The notes below the pieces were generated by a model. It was not told where the DNA came from. It worked only from the letters and a program-made list of their open reading frames with translations, and did not search any database. This document shows positions 36,601-46,884 of a stretch of DNA of 64,000 nt, piece after piece. A program made the translations under genes and the position numbers. Source of the stretch: Antedon mediterranea (Eukaryota > Animalia > Echinodermata); assembly GCF_964355755.1 (NCBI RefSeq), contig NC_092676.1, positions 25,748,871 through 25,812,870 of the forward strand, in the 5' to 3' direction. Every line of letters begins with the position of its first letter. The stretch's first letter is position 1.

Positions 36601-39528
36601 AAAACTGCATCTGTTGGAACATCATCTGCCGAGTCTTCATCTCCAACTATTAACACCTCATCCTCTTTCCCTTTTCCTTTAACGGTCTTAGGTCTAGGCA
36701 TCCTTGTTTGTTGTATAGCCTATTCCCACGTGTACTCTTGCTCACCTCACTCAGCTAGTCACTAGAGTGAACACTGCCTGGCTAGTAGCTTCCGGTTTGT
36801 GGCCTAGGCCTAGCTTTTGGATAACGTGTTAACATCAGATTCAAACCAAACCAGGTGCTAATTTTACAGAATCCCAACATAAATAAGATATAAATGACAC
36901 TTAACCACAAATTCTGTTTATAAAATAATTAAAACCGGATAATTTTGGAGCCCTTGAGAGAGCAAAATCCTAAATATCCACATGGTCCAAAACGCCCTCA
37001 AATGTAAATGTATGCTTGTTTTTTTTTTGGACTGTTTCAAATAAATGTAAATGAAATGAAATGAATGGAAGAAAGTGTACACTGAATGAAGTAAAGAAAG
37101 AATGTGCAATAAGTATGCGGTATCTCTCATTTTCTTACACTGGAGCACATCAGTTCAGAATTGAATGGATCCAGATTATCAATTTTGTCTTCTTTTCTAC
37201 TGTCATTTTTACTTTTTTTTTATAAAAGAATATAAATATATGTTCAATTTTTATTTTGATTTGTGTAAAACCTTATTTAATTTTAAATGCGATAACATTT
37301 GTAAAATCAATGAATGCAAATAATTTATGGCACAGAGAAGTGAATCTCTAAACATTTAGGATTTTATTTTCACAGAAAGCATACAAATCATGCTTAAAAT
37401 TTGCCTAGAAAGTTTTTCTGATGTTTTTTTTAAATGGTGTTTTTATTTTAGTGCAAAACAATCAAAATCTTCCTGAAAGAAGAACCAGCCAGCTTTCAAG
37501 TTCAAGGTAAATAAATAATTTAACTAATTATAACATTGTATTTTGGAGCAGGATAAACAATGCACTTTTACTGCAAATTCATTAATACACTTTTTTTAAG
37601 GTACATATAAAAATATTACCAATTAAACAACCTATGCCTAGTCTGATATATGTCGTGATAAAAAATATATGTATTTAAATAGAATGAGATAATGATTTTT
37701 TATAATTATATGGAGGCCACCCAGCTTAATTTTTAACTAGCATCCTGTTTTTTTACAGTTATACATTTAATTTTCTTTTCTACAAAATGATTTTAACTTC
37801 AGCTCTGTTGATGCACAAACTGATGGACAAGTTGGCAATGAAACGCCTGTGTCTGCAAATGTTAACCCAGGTATTTAATATTTTTAATGGAAGAGTTTAC
37901 ACTGAATGAAGTGAAGAAAGAGTATATACAGTACATAGATAACCATTCAATTATTTTTATTTATTTGTTGAAATTAAACCTTAATTTAATTTTAAATTAA
38001 ATTTCAATTAATGAAAACAATTTATGGCACTGGCAACAAGTGTTTTTTTCTTTCTCATTTCATATTAAAAATAACAAACAAAACTAATAGAGATTATAAA
38101 AATGTCATTTGTTTTTTTAAGATGATGTTTTTGATGATCTTCAGCCTGCAGCAACAGAAGTTGATTCTGATAATGCTACTGACATCAAACAAACGAATGC
38201 ATCAACAAGAGGGAAAAAAGATATGGTAAAATGGGGAAAAAAAGGTAAAACAACTAAATGTAAATCATATTTGCCCAACAGAGGGGCCATGCATTCAAAG
38301 CACAATATCATTTTTAATGGGCTGGGTGGGGAAAAGGATCCAGAGGCTTGTAAAAATACATTAATTTTGTTATGTTTGTTTCTGAAGGATTAACAATATT
38401 GGTAACAGCTGGATATACAACAGATATATTGGCCCTTGAAAAAAATATTTTTTTGTGAATAGGCCATTTTAATATCATATAATAGTTTGACAGAAAAATT
38501 GAATTAAATAAATATATTTATTTACTGTACCTGGTAAGTCCGTAAATTTTAATTTTTTAATTAGTCAACCGGAAACACATTGTCAATGGGTTTTTGATTT
38601 TGTCTTATATATAAGCAAAATTATTTTTTTGCAAAAGCGAATTACAAATTGGATTTTTCAAAGTTTTCATACATCTTTATTGGTTCATGTTTTTGAGAGA
38701 AAACATACTATTTAATGTTTTTTTTCCTATTTCAGAATTCCTGTGGTCGTTATTTGTGGCACTGATTGTCCTTGTAGCATGGTCATACCATTACTTTCAA
38801 GCTGCGCAAACATTACACTATGGTAAATGAAACATAGACCCACCTATCATTTTAGTATTATGGTGAATTAAATAAGACCCCATAATACATACAGTATCAT
38901 GTTGTTTTGCTAATTTAATATTAATTCAGTACTTTATTAGAATGTATTGTTTATTTTACCAGCAAGTAAATACTATAGTAATGCTTCCTAAGATTAAACT
39001 TTCCACAAATAAACAATACAATATTTGAAAAATCTGACATAAGATTTGGTTATGGCTATATTGTCAAACAAATAACAATATGTGCTGCTACAACTTACAA
39101 GAACCAAATACTAAAATATTTCCTTTGTTTTTTCTATTTCAGGAATCTCATGGTTATTAATTTCTGGATCTCTAGTGGCTTTGATTGCCCATTTCATAGC
39201 ATTGACATTTGGTTTCCTTCAGGAGGCTAAACAATCAAATTATGGTAAATGCATTGTCTTCCTACCTTTCATCATCATCATGTTACTTGTATTAATTAAT
39301 TATTATGATGATGTATCTGGAATCCAAAAAGGAGGTTGCATTTCACTTCTTATATTCGTTGGTTCAATGTTTTTCCAATTTGTTAATCCAGTATCTAAGT
39401 TGGGAAAGGTTGGTTGTGTGTTTATAGTTATTATTTTATTTGCATTCACGATTTATGGTAAAGATGCCCTCAAATATGTAACACCCTTTAATGTTCTTTT
39501 TAACATATTAAAGTCAATTTTGGGCTAG
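30644..39528 (+). CDS. Gene B: tandem-DED + linker + about 5-TM protein, 461 aa. Exons 30644-31196, 31964-32009, 32424-32491, 37452-37506, 37803-37870, 38122-38244, 38736-38822, 39143-39528
   Basis: The DED-DED exon is clearly homologous to gene A (EELDTLRFISSSVL, ALQSMGRLDL, SQLISPFTRMLINV). All junctions are GT-AG and phase-compatible, summing to 1386 nt without internal stops. The terminal exons are strongly hydrophobic. Confidence 0.8.
31370..31920. mobile_element. MITE with (TTAAA)GATGTATTGTCCC termini; partial relatives near 1759, 41100-41392 and 49710
   Basis: gatgtattgtccctt at 31372 and aagggacaatacatctttaa at 31901-31920. Confidence 0.7.
32664..36800 (-). mobile_element. Near full-length CR1/L2-group LINE, antisense in intron 3 of gene B: ORF1 (36701-35948, one frameshift) and ORF2 (35908-32943, one frameshift)
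   Basis: ORF1 has a coiled coil plus QYSRRENIEIRGI, RPIIVKF, IYVNENLT and YKYLWTYNGRIYVRK. ORF2 has HINIRSL, LSEVW, GDFN, SDHL, DLKKAFDTV, GVPQGSVLGP and LFADDT. 3' tail is aataa(aaag)n. Confidence 0.95.
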
Positions 39529-42329
39529 AATTGTGTTTTATGCATCGCATTACCAAGATCCTGGATTCACTGTATGCAAATCATTCATTATACTCTTCAC
39601 CTGTATTCATGTTAATCATTCTCATGACACTAATAATAATAATGTATTTATTTACTTTTGTAACAGTGGCACACTTCGATATGAAGGTGTGTTCTACAAT
39701 CAAAATTTACTAAAACCACATTACAATGCTAACTATACAATTTACAACAATAATAATACAAATTTAATATGAATGAAACAGTACCTTTGATATTTACAAA
39801 CCTACTCCTTCCCCACCCCAAATCTAGCCTCTACAAATCCCCATTTTTCTTTAATCAACATAACATTAATAACATTATAAATTTAAATTAATACAAATAA
39901 TATATAGTAATAATCAGTAATAAGTTTACACACAATTTAAGAGATCAGATTTTTTCACAAGGCTCTTACATAATTTATCCGTCAATTCACAACAAACATA
40001 GTCGTTTCCAAGGATAAACTGCAATTTTGTCTTAGTTTCCAATTTTTCAAATCTTGAAAAACTTTTTTAAGGCCATTGGCAACAAGTTGTTTTTTAAATT
40101 CTGCAAATTCATGTTTTCTGATGCTATCAAGTGCAATTTAACATGTCAAGTAATAATCATTCACATGGCAAACCTCAAATGAGGCATTCATTCCTAGTAG
40201 TAAACTGACCAGCCAATTACTCATCTCTTAACAGTTAACAAATTCTGTAAAAATGTTTGGGAAGGTTACTTTGTCATCAAGCATTTTACAAAAAAAGTTA
40301 TAAATAGAGAATTAAAAAACAAAATGGTATAGGCTACTATATGGCAATTGCTTTTATAATTTTGAAAATCATGAAATATAAATATTGTTTATTTCAAGGA
40401 TCTCATTAACTTTACATTATCTTTTTATTAGTATATATAACCTCTCCATTGGCTTCATATAAAAAAAGAATTTTGTACAAAATTATTGTTTTTTTTTTAT
40501 AAATGTATTTTTCTTTTTTCATTTCATTTATTTCAATATCATTATCGCAGCCTTAGCTGTATTACAAAGATATTTACATTTTCTCAATATTAAAATTTGT
40601 ATAAAAGTATAAAACCAATGATAATTATATATAAAAAAGGAGGCAATTTACACAAGAAAAACAATACAGGAACATTCAAAAAGTTTAGCTTAAAATATTT
40701 ACTGTGTTAATTGTTCCTTTGTACCTTTTTTGATTTAATTAGTTTAATCGTGATCAGCTTTCATGTACAATTACAGGTGTCATCTTTGCTCCTCTAATGA
40801 TCCCACCCAACTTTTCGGTCCACGATCTAATCGGAAAGCTGGCGATTTATGAGGAACGAATTTGGCACCTCTATTTAAACGCCAATTTAAAACTTTTCTT
40901 TTTAATTAATTATGGTAGTATTGTACTTATTGTTAGGCGCTCTGTTCTTTTTAGGGCGCCATATAAAAACTTATAGAGAATAGTAATAGGTACTTTTTAT
41001 TGATTGCAAATTATAATGTTTGACATATTCTAAAACCAATGGGTACAATTGATTGTAGACCTAATAATATTTTATGTACATAGTATTTTTGTAAAGAAAA
41101 ACATGAAAAATGAAGATTACTAAAATCAGAATTTGAATAGGCAATTTTGCAGTTTTATTAAAGTTATTCACTTCTGTAGAAAAAAAAACGAAAGAATATA
41201 GAATTTGTTATTTCACTTATAAAAAGACAAAAAAAGCAGTAAATTTAAATCCGACAGACAATTTTTTGCTTTAAATTACATATTTTTTCTCAATCCACTT
41301 TTTAGTCAAAGTGAATAACTCTTATGTGACATTAAAATTGCATATTCAACAAACAATTAAAAAAAAATTTTAGGGGGACAATATATCTTTAATACAAATT
41401 ATATATTTAAACAAATTTGTATTGAAATGTACCTGTGTAGGTAAAATAATCTTGATTATCATGAAATATAAAATGTTGCTGTTGAAGTACTATTAAATAC
41501 ACTATTTAAAATCTAAAATGTTCTCACTTGTAATTTTGGCCCTGCTCTCTGCAGACAAAAATTAACCAATATAAATGAACCAATAATTAACTAATGTTCT
41601 GTGGAACAGCATTTAACCATGGAGTGTAAAATTGTTACAGATATCTAAGAATCCGATAATTCTCATTCAAATCAGATAGCCAATATGATCTGAACTGCTG
41701 TGATGAACAAAATTATTGCATTGTGGGAAAGCTCTTGGTATTACGGTAATGATTGGTTGGTCATGCATATTTGATTTAAATTTTAAATTAATTTACAACA
41801 AAAAACATTTACTGTATACACTGTGTTTTAATGTGTACAATGTATTAATAAAATAAAATATAAGTATAAAGAAAAACAGGAATTGAGTACCCTTTTATCC
41901 ATGTAATTTATATTTTTAGTCGCGTGCAACATGACTCTACAACTCACTATGCTGGTCGGTTGGACGGACGGTCGGTCGGTAGGTCGGTAAACACTAACTT
42001 GAGCAAGCGACTGCAGCCATCTATATGGCCTTGTTTTATTTTAAAACTTTGCACCATGTGCGTATCTCTACCTGTTAAACTATAGAGAGGAGGCGTGTGT
42101 GTATATATACACTATCTTTGGTAGTAACAATTACAATAATAAAATTGTAAATTATAGGTAAATAAAAAGAAATAAATATTAAACGTAAGGAGACCAGTTT
42201 ATCCTAGCTCTACTACTACTACTACTGACCTAGGCGAGCAGGGATTTATTAGGCCTAGTAAACTAGCAGCCACTGATACAGCAGCTGGGCCGAGCCTTGA
42301 CTGTCATTTATGGTACTGGAGTAAGCAGT

Positions 42330-42815
42330 AGACTGGGACTAAATTGCAGTCTGACCAACTGGAAAGTATCCAACGTAGGGCACTTAGAATCATGTTCCCA
42401 AAGCTCAGTTACAACAAAGCAATGGATCAATGTAATGTGCCTGTGCTATGTGAACGTCGAACTAGACTGTGCAAGGATTACTATCAGAAACTTAAAAACC
42501 CTTCCCATAGACTACATCACCTTCTGCCAAAAGCGCCTAAATCTAGATACAATTTAAGACAAGTTAAAGAATTTTGCATTCCAAAAGTAAAAACGGAACG
42601 ATCAAAAAATTTCATTGTAAACTTTGGTCTCTTTCACAAGTGGTAGGCATAAATATCACTGCACAGTCGTTTCTCCCCCTGTCTTCTGTTTTGTCTGTTC
42701 TTCGATGGTTTGTGTATTTTGATTGTTATTGTTGATGGATAGGATATATTTTCATTTAAGTATAAGTATATATTTTTGTATAATTCAACCCAAAAGTTGC
42801 AATAAAAGTATTTTA
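42330..42815 (+). mobile_element. 3' fragment of an L2/Daphne-like LINE
   Basis: QLESIQRRALRI...NPSHRLHHLLP...RYNLR...PKVKTER peptide, followed by a 3' UTR and aataaa. Confidence 0.8.
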
Positions 42816-43603
42816 TCAGTTTATCTACTGTAGTCTAGCTGGCAGTAGCAGGCTTAGCAACACTAGACTGAACTAGGACTGACGACTGTGCTTCAATTTG
42901 TTTTAATATAGTTATTTAGTATGGATATGATTATTTTTATAAATAATATACAGGTATAGTCTGGGTACGGCCTCCTGGGTAATCAGCAGGCCTAGTCCTA
43001 TCTAAAACTAACATTAATAATAATAATTTTTCTTTGTCATATCTTTTACTTATTTTATGTGGAACAATTAAAATGAATAAATGAATGAATACATATGTAC
43101 CTGTTTCTGTAGTGTATGGAGGAATTATATTTTAACTGAGGTACTATAGACCTAATTATAATAGAATAGTTAGTAGGTAGTAGCCAGCTAGTACTGTAGT
43201 AAAATACTTATTATTTCCTTTCAGTATTTAACTTCTGTATTCCATACATACCACCAAGGTACAGACAAGCAAATTAGACATGAGATTTGAAGGAAATAGC
43301 GGGAGACACTGACGGGTTGCAAACCACCCTAAGAATGATAATTAATTGTTAGCACACTCAGATTGCATTATGATTACACTACTGAGAGAAAACACCAAAG
43401 TGATAGAGCATATCATTATGTTACTGGCTCAAAATCAGTACAATATTTGCAAAAGAAAAAAATACTGTATATTGCAATTGATAAATAAATATACTGTATC
43501 GACCCACATTTATACTGTGCATGGGTTAATGAAATTTGATTCCGAATTATTTTCGGTATTTTATTTGTAAAAATTCAGACTTGCTGGACTAAACCAATAG
43601 TTC

Positions 43604-43768
43604 TGCTACCTAACAACAATAGAGAAATTATTGCATTTGGTTCCGTTGTTTAAAATCTGTTTTTTGAACGATGTTTTGTTGATTCTTTGGTTAGCTGAAA
43701 CATCTTGTAGCTGAGCCTGCAACTATTGTGAGAAGTTATAAGCGTGAATCCTATGCTATCTAGTATTG
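43604..43768 (-). pseudogene. Duplicated fragment of the Bmt2 last exon
   Basis: Near-identical to 52383-52548, with a few substitutions and a 1-nt deletion (atgttttgtt vs atgtttttgtt). Confidence 0.9.
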
Positions 43769-43984
43769 GACTGTTTCAACTGGTATTGGGAGAGTTTCAG
43801 GTTTTCAGAGAGTCCGGTATTGGAAGAGTTGAGTGTAGTTTGTGTGAAATGTAAAGAGATATCTATGTTGTGCATATGCTGCATTCATTCCTACAAAGTT
43901 AAATTCAACATGAACTATTTTTCTACATAAACATGCAATTATATCATTTGATTATTAACCAAGAAAGGATGAGGTTTCTAAAAG

Positions 43985-44356
43985 GTAAAATCCTGTTGCT
44001 GACATATAAGGCCATCAACGGATGTGCTCCAGCCTACATATGTGACATCATTACTCCGTCAACCAACTCTTCGCTTCGTTCATCCAGCAGACTTCTTTTA
44101 AAACCTGGACCCCGTTCCAGAACTCGGTTTTACGGTGATCGTGCTTTCGCTGTCGCAGCCCCAAAACTCTGGAACACTCTACCCCTCGAAATACGCTCAT
44201 CAAAATCTGTTATCACATTTAAAACTAAACTCAAAACTCATCTCTTCAGAGAAGCATAATCACACGCTACTACTTGCACAGATCTTGGAAAACACAGCGC
44301 TTTGAAACCTTTGTCTCTTGCGCTTTATAAATGTTATTATTATTATTATTATTATT
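43985..44356 (+). mobile_element. 3' fragment of an L2 LINE
   Basis: KILLLTYKAINGCAPAYI...GDRAFAVAAPKLWNTLP...FKTKLKTHLF; 3' stem-loop agcgctttga...gcgctttataaat and a (TAT)n tail. Confidence 0.9.
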
Positions 44357-44773
44357 AAAACAAATCTCTTTGCTAACTCTTTTATCCCCTGGTATCATCC
44401 ACCATAACAAGAAAGTGAGAAGATATTAAGTTTTATGTTTTTTAATCTTGTATATTGTATTGTTTATGAATGTAATTTTATGCCTGAAAATTTTATGTAT
44501 GATGCAATAATTTTTTTGTAGGACAACCTCAGCTGGAAATTAAATACGGAAATGATACTTAGCAAAAAAGGGACATCAGAGACTCTACCTACTGAGAAAA
44601 CTTTATGTTGATAAAACTATTGTTAAAATATTTTATAACTCTTTTATATTTTATAACTCTTTTATGGAGAGTGTTCTGTCGTTTCTATCTCAGGGTCAAG
44701 CATACAAATTCCTTACAAAAAAATTGTTAACTTCCAAAGTAACAGGTTTTATCCTATATTCCTTTTGTGATTG

Positions 44774-44952
44774 AAGCGTGGTTCCCACTAGCCAGCGACG
44801 CAACGCAAGGACGTAACGCAACGCAAGTAAATTGACCAATCACAAGCGATGACTTATTCGCTTGTGATTGCAAACTGTCTATAACTTCGCTTGTCATTGG
44901 TTAAAACGCTTGCGTTGCGTTTACGTCCTTGCGTTCTAGTGGGAACCAAGCT
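44774..44952. mobile_element. Palindromic Harbinger-like MITE
   Basis: agcgtggttcccactag...ctagtgggaaccaagct termini; almost wholly self-complementary. Confidence 0.8.
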
Positions 44953-45109
44953 TTAGAAAATTTTAACCATGCTCTTTATAAGGAATTTGAAGTGTTGCCT
45001 CATGGCTGTCTAATTCATTTGTGCCTGCTGCCATCAGACTATTAAATAAATAAAATTAAAATTACATTTTTATTACAATTAACATTTTATGATTCAAGAT
45101 TTAAGAGTT

Positions 45110-45592
45110 TTATGTTAAATGTTAAAAATGTTAAATGTAAATGTTAAATGTATTATTACTGGTCCTCAAATTTTACTGGAAACTGAGGAAATTCGGATTA
45201 GGCCCTCCACGGACCCACGGCAGCCAGCAGTGCAGCGCCTACCAGATCAGCACACCGGGAGACGATCCCCTACTCTTTTCGAATAGTGTACCAAGTTCTT
45301 TAACGTGCACTGTTAAGTACACGGGACCAACGGCTTTACATCTCATCCGAAGGACGAGGCAATGAGAGTAAAGCATCTTGCCTAAGCATGCAATTAGTAT
45401 GGTACAGATCGGCTCAAACACATGCCTATCACATGCTAGTCCGATATTATTATTACACCATCACTCTCCAGTATATACAGCACCAGCTGCTATTTCTAGA
45501 CGGTCTCCCATCCAGAACGCAACCGGGCCCAACGTTGCTTAACTTCGGTGATCTGACGAGAACCGGTGTTTCAACGCAGTATGGCCGTATAT
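45110..45592 (-). mobile_element. 5S rRNA-headed SINE with a Deu-domain core (SINE3/AmnSINE-like organisation)
   Basis: Minus strand TACGGCCATAC...CTCGTCAGATCACCGAAGTTAAGCA...GGATGGGAGACCG (5S). Core CTTCGGATGAGATGTAAAGCCG...CACTATTCGAAAAGAGTAGGGG resembles the Deu domain. (CATTTAA)n tail. Confidence 0.8.
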
Positions 45593-46884
45593 ATTTGATG
45601 TTGTAATTTGTACTTTTTATTGTACGATGATGTAATCCATCTCCTTTTTGTTAATTATCTATGAGGGATGAATAAAAATATATACTACTAATTTCCCATG
45701 TTGGACGAATAAAACTTATAATATTACTTATTATAACATGCAACATTCCTGTTCAACTCAAAAGGGCCTAGGTTATTGGCAATATAAACTCAATTACACA
45801 GTACAATACATTAAATCATTGGTATGCAATTACACTTGTTGCAGTATATGAAAATCATGTCTCGAAAATCAATGTTTTATGCAAGTTATAATCTTAATAG
45901 TTCATAAATTCAAAATAAAATGTTTTCCTTCCATAAATATGTAATTATAAACAAGTATTCCTTTTTTCCCATGTAGCTAGCATTTTTGGTTAAAGGTATA
46001 CATTTAAACACTGACATTTCCTGTTCAATATAAAAGGTGTAATTGGCATAACAATAAACCCAATAGTAGTATAGTAGGCCTACGTTGCAGTCATTGATTG
46101 GTGGTAGCATATCATGTGATGACGCGTGCAGGTGTATTGCAACACAATCGTGAAATTCAGTTGCTTTAAGGTGTTGTTTAGTACATTAATATTCATTCTT
46201 GCTGTTGCGCTTTGATGAATTTGGTGAAGACACGTACATTTTGTGAGACAGAATAACCCAGGAGACAATTTAATAGCAAGTATGTTAACCTATTAAGTAG
46301 TAGTTGTTGGAATAAGTTACCGACATATAGGAAGTTGTTTTAACTAAACTATTTCCTCTATTTATGGTATAATTAATACATAGAGAAATGTTGTAATCTA
46401 GAACATTCTCTGGATATACCCCATTAGCCAGAGCACACTGTTTACAGTATTTTATAGGAGATTATGCTGTATTATAATGTACAATGTAATAAGTAAATCA
46501 TTATAGTACATTTAGTACTAGTAGTAAAAATGTCTATACCTGCTAATGGTAGGTATGGTATATTCAGAATAGTAGGCCTACAATATAGGGTTGTCTAATT
46601 GTCTCACTCAAAACTGGTAGACCATGATATTGTTCATGTATGTTTAAAAAAATCAAGTTTTCCTTTATTTAGAAATTCTACATACAGAACTTATTAAACG
46701 ATGCCCTTTATTTGGTTTATATCCTGAGAGAATTGCCTTGTATTTGATGATAATAATGCTGATAATAAATTGGTACTCAAACTAAACTCTTTCCAGACTA
46801 AAGACACCCATCATGGTATTGAATTATTAAATGAATTAATTAACTTAACATTCACAGTTATTTTCAGACAAACACATACACACA

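Noticed and set aside
45471-45592. Functional 5S rRNA gene
   Set aside because: The 3' end is diverged, there is no oligo-T terminator, and it is fused to a SINE core.
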